A stretch of DNA of 22,946 nucleotides from Armatimonadota bacterium (GTDB taxonomy: Bacteria; Armatimonadota; UBA5829; DTLH01), in NCBI GenBank assembly GCA_039679675.1, contig JBDKUN010000060.1, forward strand, positions 1 to 22,946, written 5' to 3'. A program made the translations under genes and the position numbers. The notes below the pieces were generated by a model. The model ran no database searches. It was given only the letters and a program-made list of their open reading frames with translations, and was not told the DNA's origin. Shown piece by piece: positions 8,365 to 15,809 of this stretch (the first letter of the stretch is position 1; the number at the start of each line of letters is the position of its first letter).

Positions 8365-9324
8365 TTAAGGCTTTTTGATCCACGCCATGCATAATTGCGA
8401 ATCGAGGTCCCAATTGTATTTTCCGGCGCTGCCCTCGTAAAGCAGCACGAAGGCATCATCCGTCTCGATGAGCGCTGGACCCCATATTGCTCCGCCGTCA
8501 GGGGAACCTTTCATATTGCATCCAAAAATCGGGTTTCCAGGATGCTGTTCCCAATTTATCATATCTTTCGATCTTGCCAGACCGAAATAATCCGGCTCAT
8601 CCGCAAGGTATGAGCTGCCAGCGTACATCATATATACATATTCCCCGGCGTCAAAGACGCGCATGGTTGCTATGGAAAGGCTGGACCAGCCGCCTTTTGT
8701 CATAAGGCCGGTTACGGGCTGGTCTTCCCTCTTGAAGTTCATCCCGTCGGTAGAAGTGGCAAGGTACGGCAGGTATTTGCCGTCCGCATCTGCTATCTGG
8801 TAGATCATGTGGATTTTCCCGTCCCGCACGAGCACATCCGGGGCACGTCCGACCATTACCTGTCCGAGCTTCGTGAAGTTGATTCCGTCGTCACTTACTG
8901 CAGCACCTATGCTGTCCGGGCAGTCCTCGCCGATTGCTGAATAGTAAAGCCGAATTTGCCCGTTATAAATAGTGACGGCAGGGTCGAGCGCTTCTTTTGC
9001 ATCGAACTCGCCGGGCTTGCCGCAGTCCACAGCGACTGTGTTCTCAAAAAGGTCTCTTATTTTCAATCTGCCGTGGCCGATTTCCAGGACTTCCGCAGCA
9101 ACTATCCTGTCGTGAAGCTCCCCCGTTCTGTCCGGCAGTTCACCGTTCCCGCGATAATACAGAAGCAGCTTTCCGCCGAGCTTCAGAAAGTGGGGATTCG
9201 CCGTCCACCTGCTCTTCCAGATCTTCGTGCCAGGAGGAATTATGGGATTATCAGGATGACGAGCCCAGGACAGGCAGTTTTCTTTATAATTATCACTAAA
9301 CAAGTTCCAGAACTTCTCGTTCAT
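8365..9324 (-). CDS. Cytoplasmic five-bladed beta-propeller glycosidase/phosphorylase-like protein (GH130/GH43/GH32-like)
   Basis: Repeated blade motifs WARHPDNPII, LLLYYRG, EFD..ALDPAV, LYYSA..IGAAVSDDGINF, LATSTDGMNF, GLARSKDMINWEQHPGNPI and LLYEG. No signal peptide. Confidence 0.75.
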   Translation of the reverse strand: MNEKFWNLFSDNYKENCLSWARHPDNPIIPPGTKIWKSRWTANPHFLKLGGKLLLYYRGNGELPDRTGELHDRIVAAEVLEIGHGRLKIRDLFENTVAVDCGKPGEFDAKEALDPAVTIYNGQIRLYYSAIGEDCPDSIGAAVSDDGINFTKLGQVMVGRAPDVLVRDGKIHMIYQIADADGKYLPYLATSTDGMNFKREDQPVTGLMTKGGWSSLSIATMRVFDAGEYVYMMYAGSSYLADEPDYFGLARSKDMINWEQHPGNPIFGCNMKGSPDGGAIWGPALIETDDAFVLLYEGSAGKYNWDLDSQLCMAWIKKP

Positions 9325-9431
9325 TCTTTCATATCCTCAATTAAAGCGTTGTTACGATATATCATAAAGCCTGAGGCTGCAGAAAGACAAGGGATTGGGA
9401 AGGATTTAGGATGTACGGATGAGATTTGACT

Positions 9432-9486
9432 TGATGGCCTAGGGGAACCATGCCCTGGGCCTATTTCTCCGGGGCATCCATGCCCC
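9432..9486 (+). repeat. Repeat A copy 1 (55-bp double hairpin)
   Basis: TGATGGCCTAGGGGAACCATGCCCTGGGCCTATTTCTCCGGGGCATCCATGCCCC, 51/55 identical to 11491-11545 in the same orientation. Confidence 0.95.
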
Positions 9487-9511
9487 TTGCTATCTCTCAT
9501 ATCTCCGCGGA

Positions 9512-9611
9512 TTAGTGAATGTCGTGCTTCGGGAAGAAAGGAATCCCGAAGCATACGGTATGGCTTATCCGACCTCTGCGAGGTCGATGGAACTGCGGTC
9601 CCGAAACATAA
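9512..9611 (+). repeat. Repeat B copy 1 (hairpin TGCTTCGGGA/TCCCGAAGCA) plus a 3'-half copy at 9586-9611
   Basis: Perfect 10-bp arms at 9525-9534 and 9544-9553. Flanks align with 11429-11481. GATGGAACTGCGGTCCCGAAACATAA at 9586-9611 matches the loop and right arm of the 11442-11473 copy. Confidence 0.9.
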
Positions 9612-9679
9612 ACCGCCGATACGCCCGCGCGTCGTCGACCTCTGGGAGATTGTCGCCGCAGAGGCCCTGTCCTGCTCCC

Positions 9680-11308
9680 TCAGTCGACCGTCTCGCTACC
9701 GTATGAGTAAGTGGTGAGAATCGTGATGCTCTGCGGCAGCAGCGTAATCGTCGTGGCGCCTGAAGCCATCGTTTCGCCGCTGTTGATGCGGTCGTGCGAG
9801 TCGTTGGTCACATAGTGCTGGCACAGGTGCCGCTTTCCCTCTAAGCCTTTCAGTTTCACCGTCGCAGAGGACTCCGAGTCGTTGACGAGGAGGATCGTCA
9901 CGTCCTTGCCGAGCGTTGCGGTGGTGGCGAAGACCCGTGGGACACCATTCTCATCCGTGAGACCGTTGACCTCTGTGCTGACGATGTCGGAACCTCGCTT
10001 TATGTACTTCATCAGGAGGGCAAGCGGGTAGTAGTTGGTCTTGTCCGGCACGAAGTGGCTGGGGTTCTTCTCGTCGAATGTCACCATTCGCCAATGCTTG
10101 TGGTAGTTCCCGTTGTACGTCCAGAACGCGATCGCCTTTGCACCGTTATTGAGCGCTTGCGCCGCGCCCTCCGCACTGTGCAGTCTCTGCAGATACTTGG
10201 CCTCTGCGCCCGCGTCGCCGTTCTCGCCCATGATCAAGCTAGAGCCGAACTCGCCCAGAATCACCGGCGTCTCTCTACCCGGCCGCGCCTTCGCTGCCTG
10301 CTCAATTGCAGGAATCACATTACTCCTGATGGTCAGATCCGGTATGGAGCTCTTCTTGGGTCCGCTGGCGTACTCCAGAGTCGTGTTGTAGTCGTGGATC
10401 GAGATAATGTCTAGGTCATTCGCCGTCAGGCGCATCATCCGCGTCACCGCGTCGTCGTTCTGCCCGCACTCTCTGTTCCAGAACACTGCGCCGTCGAACG
10501 CCTGGATCTTCACGTCGTCGCGGATCCCATGGCGTCGGAGCTGATCAGAGAGCGACCGGTATACCCGGCTCATCGTTCCGAAATAGTCCGTCATCTGTTC
10601 GGGCTCGTTCCAGACGGAGATTCCCTGCACGCACGAGTAATGTTTCTCCCTCTTCAGGTGATACATAATGGCGGTGAGTGACTCCGTGAACTCATCCACA
10701 TTGGCCAGATTCATCGTAGTGCGGTCCTTCGGCTCGAGCGGGTGCCCGGACTCATCCTTGACAACCATCCAGTTCTGGTTCCTGGGGCAGAAGTTCGTGG
10801 AACTGACACCCCAGTTGGCTAGGACGACGTACAGGTCGCGCTTCTCCCAGTGGTCGAGAAGCCTGTGCATTTGGTCCATATATATGATAGCGTTCTTCTT
10901 TACCTCAGGATGAGCGTTCTTGAACCCCGGTGAAAAGACGAACCCATCGGTCAGGTTCAGGTGATACGGGTCGGTATCGTCGTTCACCGGCTCCCACTGC
11001 ATCAGTCCGACGCAGAACCGGACGTACTGGAAGCCCATGTAGTCCATCAGCCGATTGAAGCTCGCCCACTCTTTCTTGTCGTTAGGGTATGGGATCTGCT
11101 GGCTGTGGATGTTCGTCCACTCGGCTCCATTCTCGAAGTCGATGTACTCATAGTCACTGAATGCAAAGTTCACCCCGCAGCCTATGATGTTGGGGTTCAC
11201 CACCTTCTTCAGGTCTATGTCGACCGATCCACTGAGCGGCTCTGCCCGTGCGACCGTGGTTAGGACTAAAAGCCAACCAAGTGCGAGCACCAGTATCGAG
11301 CGGTTCAT
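9680..11308 (-). CDS. Secreted clan GH-A glycoside hydrolase (GH5/GH30/GH39-like TIM barrel plus C-terminal beta-sandwich); family unresolved
   Basis: Signal peptide ending VARA. QYVRF, ISVWNEP (acid/base Glu), DIISIHDY, PVILGEFG (nucleophile Glu) and IAFW. C-terminal VTILLVND...TITLLPQSITIL. GGAGG RBS. Confidence 0.82.
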   Translation of the reverse strand: MNRSILVLALGWLLVLTTVARAEPLSGSVDIDLKKVVNPNIIGCGVNFAFSDYEYIDFENGAEWTNIHSQQIPYPNDKKEWASFNRLMDYMGFQYVRFCVGLMQWEPVNDDTDPYHLNLTDGFVFSPGFKNAHPEVKKNAIIYMDQMHRLLDHWEKRDLYVVLANWGVSSTNFCPRNQNWMVVKDESGHPLEPKDRTTMNLANVDEFTESLTAIMYHLKREKHYSCVQGISVWNEPEQMTDYFGTMSRVYRSLSDQLRRHGIRDDVKIQAFDGAVFWNRECGQNDDAVTRMMRLTANDLDIISIHDYNTTLEYASGPKKSSIPDLTIRSNVIPAIEQAAKARPGRETPVILGEFGSSLIMGENGDAGAEAKYLQRLHSAEGAAQALNNGAKAIAFWTYNGNYHKHWRMVTFDEKNPSHFVPDKTNYYPLALLMKYIKRGSDIVSTEVNGLTDENGVPRVFATTATLGKDVTILLVNDSESSATVKLKGLEGKRHLCQHYVTNDSHDRINSGETMASGATTITLLPQSITILTTYSYGSETVD

Positions 11309-11384
11309 TTAAGCCTCCTGCGACGAGTGTGTCACACAGGATTATTTATACATCACAGGAGTCGATTCCTCTCTTGGCTGCTTG

Positions 11385-11481
11385 GATGCTTCGGCGCGCG
11401 TAGTTTGCGCCGAAGCCATCCTTTCGAGTTAGTGGAATGTGTGCTTCGGGATGAACTGCGATCCCGAAGCATAAGGTTTGG
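11385..11481 (+). repeat. Repeat B variant (11388-11416) and repeat B copy 2 (11429-11481)
   Basis: GCTTCGGCGC/GCGCCGAAGC perfect 10-bp arms, and TGCTTCGGGAT/ATCCCGAAGCA perfect 11-bp arms at 11442-11452 and 11461-11471. Confidence 0.9.
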
Positions 11482-11490
11482 TTGTTTACA

Positions 11491-11545
11491 TGATGGCCCA
11501 GGGGATTCATGCCCTGGGCCTATTTCTCCTGGGCATCCATGCCCC
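11491..11545 (+). repeat. Repeat A copy 2
   Basis: Direct repeat of 9432-9486 with 4 substitutions. Confidence 0.95.
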
Positions 11546-11638
11546 CAGATGAAGGGTATGTCTTTCGCCATGTTGAACTAACGAGTTTCTGGGTGATGTG
11601 CATCAGCATTCCGCATCCTCCTCTGTTCCCCACCTCCC

Positions 11639-11664
11639 GTTTGCACACGCCATCGCAAGGGTAA
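11639..11664 (+). promoter_or_regulatory. Putative SigB/SigF-type promoter GTTT-N16-GGGTAA
   Basis: GTTT at 11639-11642, a 16-nt spacer and GGGTAA at 11659-11664, 80 nt upstream of ATG 11744. Confidence 0.5.
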
Positions 11665-11743
11665 TTCGTTGAATATGTGATAAACGGGCGGTTGAGGGGA
11701 TATCGAGCTTTCTGGTGGGGCTGCCCGCAAGGAGGTTTCGAAA

Positions 11744-13087
11744 ATGCGCAGTTTGAAAGCCTTACTATGGGTAATCCCGATCCTGTCACTATCGCTTTGG
11801 GCAGGGCTTACAGCGATAAACGCCCAGACTCCCAAAACAAAGACACTCGCCCCGCAGGACCGGCTGATCGTCCAGAACTCACAGACGAAGCTCATCGAAG
11901 GACGCAATATCTTCCGCTATGACACATTCGGCGATGAAGATTTCTGGGGAGGACAACTAAAACTTCACCAGACGGTAGCAAAGCTGACGCCAAAGCAGGC
12001 GCTTGGGCTTGGGCTGAAGGTTGATATGGACGCACTCCCTGCCAACCTGGTTGCGAGCGCTAAAGCAGGCAAGGTCAATATGAACGATCCCGCCACTACC
12101 CTTGCGCTCCTCAAGCTGAATGCCGTAGTCGGCGTCAGAGGGTTCTTCGACAGCCGGGGCAACCTGAGCTCCATCGGAATCACCTGTGCGATATGCCACT
12201 CTAGAGTGGACGACGCATTCGCGCCGGGTATAGGGCACAGACTGGACGGCTGGCCAAACCAGGACTTGAACGTCGGCGCGATCATTGCATCCGCCCCTGA
12301 TCTGAGCCCGATAACTAACCTTCTTGGAGTCGACCGAGCGACGGCTCTGAAGGTGCTGAACAGCTGGGGACCCGGAAAATTCGATGCGCAGCTCATTCTG
12401 GACGGCAAAGGTTTTCGACCGGACGGAAAACCTGCGGCTACGCTCATTCCACCGGCGTTCGGACTCGCCGGTGTGAATCAACATGCCTGGACGGGATCAT
12501 GGGGAACTGTCACCTACTGGAACGCCTTCGTTGGAAACCTTGAGATGCACGGCAAGGGTAGGTTTTACGACCCCAGGTTGAATAACCCAAGCCAGTATCC
12601 GATAGCCGTCAAAGCACATCTGTACGATGTTCGAAGCGCCCCTGATCTTCTGACAAACAAGCTCCCGGCGCTTCACACCTATCAATTGGCTATCCCTGCG
12701 CCCACCCCGCCTAAAGGCAGCTTCAATGCCGCTGCTGCTGACCGGGGCGAGCGATTATTTATGGGGAAAGCGGGTTGCGTGCGGTGCCACCAGCCTCCAA
12801 CATACACGGAGCCGGGATGGAACCTGCATCTGCCGTCGGAAATAGGCATAGACTCGTTCCAGGCAGACAGAGCGCCCGACCACAGATACCGGACTCAGCC
12901 ACTATCCGGCCTGTGGACGCACCAGAAGAGAGGTTTTTACCATGACGGGCGGTTTCCTACCCTTATGGACGTAGTAAACCATTATGATTCGTTCTTCAGG
13001 CTGGGGCTGACGCCTTCTGAGAAAACCGACTTGGTCGAATACCTGAAATCGCTTCCACGACCGTCTTCGCCCACAGCAGCAAGGTAG
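11744..13087 (+). CDS. Secreted di-heme c-type cytochrome (bCcP/MauG-superfamily-like, uncharacterised)
   Basis: Signal peptide and two CxxCH motifs (CAICH, CVRCH). The second domain has RGERLFMGKAGC, YRTQPLSGLW, FYHDGRFPTLMDVVNHY and LTPSEKTDLVEYLKSL. AAGGAGG RBS. Confidence 0.85.
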   Translation: MRSLKALLWVIPILSLSLWAGLTAINAQTPKTKTLAPQDRLIVQNSQTKLIEGRNIFRYDTFGDEDFWGGQLKLHQTVAKLTPKQALGLGLKVDMDALPANLVASAKAGKVNMNDPATTLALLKLNAVVGVRGFFDSRGNLSSIGITCAICHSRVDDAFAPGIGHRLDGWPNQDLNVGAIIASAPDLSPITNLLGVDRATALKVLNSWGPGKFDAQLILDGKGFRPDGKPAATLIPPAFGLAGVNQHAWTGSWGTVTYWNAFVGNLEMHGKGRFYDPRLNNPSQYPIAVKAHLYDVRSAPDLLTNKLPALHTYQLAIPAPTPPKGSFNAAAADRGERLFMGKAGCVRCHQPPTYTEPGWNLHLPSEIGIDSFQADRAPDHRYRTQPLSGLWTHQKRGFYHDGRFPTLMDVVNHYDSFFRLGLTPSEKTDLVEYLKSLPRPSSPTAAR

Positions 13088-13202
13088 AGGCTGTAAATTC
13101 AAGTGCAGCCGGTCTGAATAACACGGTTCTTCTCTCACGAAAGGAGAAGAAAGAACACCAAAATAAACATCGAGCACCATTTGGCTTTTACAGGAGGAAA
13201 AA

Positions 13203-14156
13203 ATGAAGACAATCTTGGTTATAGCAGCATTTCTGGTGATGTTTGCATCAGACAGCACGATCTATGCTCAATACGGGCATCAATACCCGCCACCGGCAGG
13301 GGTTGTAGCTCCACCTCCGCCCGCTCAGACACAGGTTCCGCCAGCGGTAACAATGTCGCCTGCACTGGGACAGATGGGCGCAGGACAGGAAGGCGGAATG
13401 CCCGATATGATGAGCATGATGAATATGATGGGGTCGATGATGCACCCGGCGATAGCGGTCGATGGCAACGCCGTATATGTCGTGCAGGGCAACCGGATAT
13501 TCAAACTGAATAAAACCACTCTCAAAATACTCGCTGTTGCCACCCTCCCCATGCCGGAAAACATAATGAAGATGGGCGGTATAAAGGAAATGAAAGGGAT
13601 GAGGGGAACGCCGGAAGCGGGCATGACCGGCAGGGGACCATCGATGACGATGAGGCCGGAGATGGAGCAGACCATGGAACAGATGCGACAGATGCAGCCA
13701 TCCCAATTCGAGCAGAGTTTCCTTCAGAACATGATCCAACACCATCAAGGCGCGATAGAGATGTCGCAACTGGCGCTTACCCGGGCAACGCACCCCGAAC
13801 TGCGCCAGTTTGCAGAGAAGATAATAAGTGATCAGAGGCGCGAGCAGCAGCAGTTTGCATCCTGGCTAAAGAACTGGTACCAGGTTTCCACTGTAAGGCA
13901 GCAGACTCCGATGGACACTCAAATGACAGCACAATTAAGAAATTTGAGCGGCCGTGACTTTGAAATCCGGTATATGCAAGATATGATTATTCATCACTCC
14001 GAAGCAGTGCAGATGGCAAGCGATGCGGAACAGAAGACTTTGCACCCGGAAGTGAAGGATGTAGCCCTAAAAATAATAACGGAGCAGTCCCAGGAGATCA
14101 CCCAGCTGAAAAACTGGCTTATGTTATGGTATGGAGTCGATAACACGGAGAACTGA
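13203..14156 (+). CDS. Secreted Met-rich DUF305 (CopM-like, ferritin-like fold) protein
   Basis: Signal peptide, Pro-rich then Met-rich linker, and two repeats FLQNMIQHHQGAIEMSQLA..IISDQRRE and YMQDMIIHHSEAVQMA..IITEQSQEI. AGGAGG RBS. Confidence 0.88.
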   Translation: MKTILVIAAFLVMFASDSTIYAQYGHQYPPPAGVVAPPPPAQTQVPPAVTMSPALGQMGAGQEGGMPDMMSMMNMMGSMMHPAIAVDGNAVYVVQGNRIFKLNKTTLKILAVATLPMPENIMKMGGIKEMKGMRGTPEAGMTGRGPSMTMRPEMEQTMEQMRQMQPSQFEQSFLQNMIQHHQGAIEMSQLALTRATHPELRQFAEKIISDQRREQQQFASWLKNWYQVSTVRQQTPMDTQMTAQLRNLSGRDFEIRYMQDMIIHHSEAVQMASDAEQKTLHPEVKDVALKIITEQSQEITQLKNWLMLWYGVDNTEN

Positions 14157-14272
14157 TCCATATTTTGTTATTGAGTTTCAAGAGCTAAAGTAACAGCCTT
14201 ATAGTTATATAAACAGTTCTCTGATATAGCTTTATCTGTTGATTTTACACTTACACCTGAAACTCTTCCGGA

Positions 14273-14319
14273 AGATTTTCGGCAACAACCAATATATGAC
14301 TGGTCGTTGCCGAAAATCT
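14273..14319. repeat. Perfect 14-bp inverted repeat
   Basis: AGATTTTCGGCAAC (14273-14286) pairs with GTTGCCGAAAATCT (14306-14319), with an inner ACCA/TGGT extension. Confidence 0.85.
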
Positions 14320-14352
14320 ATAGATAAGTTCCTGATCCCGGCTGTTCCCACA

Positions 14353-14361
14353 TGCTATAAT
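14353..14361 (+). promoter_or_regulatory. Extended -10 promoter element (TGnTATAAT) placing the TSS at the cmk start codon
   Basis: TGCTATAAT, then 6 nt (ATCTCC), then ATG at 14368. No SD sequence. Confidence 0.75.
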
Positions 14362-14367
14362 ATCTCC

Positions 14368-15039
14368 ATGCATAAACCTATTATAGCAATAGACGGACCG
14401 GCCGGTTCAGGGAAAAGCACGGTTGCAAAAATAGTAGCCGAGAGGCTCGGCTACACCTACATAGATACCGGAGCGATGTACAGAGCCGTTGCGGTGAAGG
14501 CCATCGAGTCTGGTATACCTCTTGACGAGCCCGAAAGAATTGTCGAGCTGGCAAATAAGCTCGATATAAGCTTCAGGGTTATCGACGGCAAGCAGCATGT
14601 GTATGCCGACGGCGACGATGTCACCGATGAAATCCGAACCCCTGAGGCAACGAAGCTTTCGAGCCCCGTTTCGGCTATTCCAGGCGTAAGACACAGGCTG
14701 GTGGACATTCAGCGTAAAATGGGGGCCGAAGGCGGTGTCGTAATGGAAGGCCGGGACATAGGCACCTATGTTTTCCCTGGTGCTGAAGTGAAAGCATTTG
14801 TAACGGCATCCCCTGAAGAACGCGCGAGAAGAAGAACGAAAGACCTTGCGTTTGCCGGGATTGAGGCCGACATAGCCAAAGTGGCCGCCGACATAAGAGA
14901 ACGGGATGAGAGAGACAGTTCCCGCGCGATGGCCCCGCTCAAGCAGGCGGATGATGCCGAACTTATCATGACGGACGGTATGAGCATAGAAGAAGTCGTG
15001 AATGCTGTAATCGAGCTTCATAATAGAAGGATGAACTGA
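14368..15039 (+). CDS. cmk: (d)CMP kinase
   Basis: IIAIDGPAGSGKST P-loop, YIDTGAMYRAVA, VMEGRDIGTYVFP and RDERDSSRAMAPL. True start at MHKPII (14368). Confidence 0.97.
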   Translation: MHKPIIAIDGPAGSGKSTVAKIVAERLGYTYIDTGAMYRAVAVKAIESGIPLDEPERIVELANKLDISFRVIDGKQHVYADGDDVTDEIRTPEATKLSSPVSAIPGVRHRLVDIQRKMGAEGGVVMEGRDIGTYVFPGAEVKAFVTASPEERARRRTKDLAFAGIEADIAKVAADIRERDERDSSRAMAPLKQADDAELIMTDGMSIEEVVNAVIELHNRRMN

Positions 15040-15644
15040 TGCTTTATTGGATAGGCTGGAGCCTGTTTCGTTTTATTTTAATCACATTCGGAAGGTGGAG
15101 AGTGTCCGGGCAGGAAAATGTGCCAATGGAAGGCGCGGTAATCCTCGCGCCGAACCATGTCAGCTACGCGGACCCGCCTGCGGCAGGCTGCGGGATATTC
15201 CGACAGGTCCATTATATGGCGAAGATCGAGCTTTTCAAGATTCCGATACTCGGTGCTTTGATTAGGGGCGTCGGGACCTTTCCGGTGAAGCAAAATACAG
15301 CGGACAGAGCTGCAATCAGGCAAGCACTTGAGCTTCTGGGCAAAGGGAAAGTCGTCTGCATCTTTCCTGAAGGCGCCAGAAGCCTGGACGGGAAGTTGAT
15401 GAAAGCACAGGCTGGACTTGGAATGATCGCGCTCAAGTCGAAAGCCCCCGTAGTGCCCGTCGCGCTCATCGGAACGGACAAACTGCTCCCGCGTCACTCG
15501 CCGTTCATCCACTTCGCCAGAGTCAAAATACGCTACGGCAAGCCGATGACGTTCGACGAGTTGTATGATCGCGGCATGGACCGCGAAGCGATAGAACAGG
15601 TCGGAGACCGCGTCATGGCAGCCATTGCAGAGATGCAAGAGTAG
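15039..15644 (+). CDS. plsC: 1-acyl-sn-glycerol-3-phosphate acyltransferase
   Basis: NHVSYAD (HX4D), FPEGAR and PVVPV motifs. Translationally coupled to cmk (TGATG). Confidence 0.92.
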   Translation: MLYWIGWSLFRFILITFGRWRVSGQENVPMEGAVILAPNHVSYADPPAAGCGIFRQVHYMAKIELFKIPILGALIRGVGTFPVKQNTADRAAIRQALELLGKGKVVCIFPEGARSLDGKLMKAQAGLGMIALKSKAPVVPVALIGTDKLLPRHSPFIHFARVKIRYGKPMTFDELYDRGMDREAIEQVGDRVMAAIAEMQE

Positions 15645-15665
15645 CTATCAGCCGTCAGTTATAAT

Positions 15666-15701
15666 GTAACGTGGGCTGCAAGCCACTTGGATTTGCAGCC
15701 C
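15666..15701. repeat. REP-like or terminator-like hairpin between convergent genes
   Basis: GTAACGTGGGCTGCAA-GCCACTTGGAT-TTGCAGCCC with 9-bp arms and no poly-T tail. Confidence 0.55.
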
Positions 15702-15809
15702 GTCAAGCTGATTGGAGCAATACCAGCGGAATGGCAGGAGCAGATGGAAAGATGGGGGATTCAATGGGCATGAGTTAACCGCGCTGTGGCTGAAACATGA
15801 TATACAGCA

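Noticed and set aside
9680..11308. Apparent higher GC of the GH gene as evidence of horizontal transfer
   Set aside because: By eye apgM and the permease genes are similarly GC-rich. A computed GC3 or codon-usage comparison would be needed.
9432..11545. Possible CRISPR array or integron attC sites
   Set aside because: No regularly spaced repeat-spacer series, no cas or intI gene, and no RYYYAAC...GTTRRRY boundaries around the hairpins.
9321..11571. Minus-strand ORFs 9321-9554 and 11353-11571 sharing GHGCPGEIGPGH
   Set aside because: The similarity is the translation of palindromic DNA repeat A and partly B. It is confined to the repeats and the variation pattern fits hairpin conservation better than coding.
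13088..13152. Two small hairpins between the cytochrome and DUF305 genes
   Set aside because: No U tract on the plus strand and no similarity to other repeats, so they could not be called terminators or an RNA element.
14239..14367. N-terminal extension of cmk in the ORF track
   Set aside because: Non-homologous sequence covering the inverted repeat and promoter. The conserved Cmk sequence begins at 14368.
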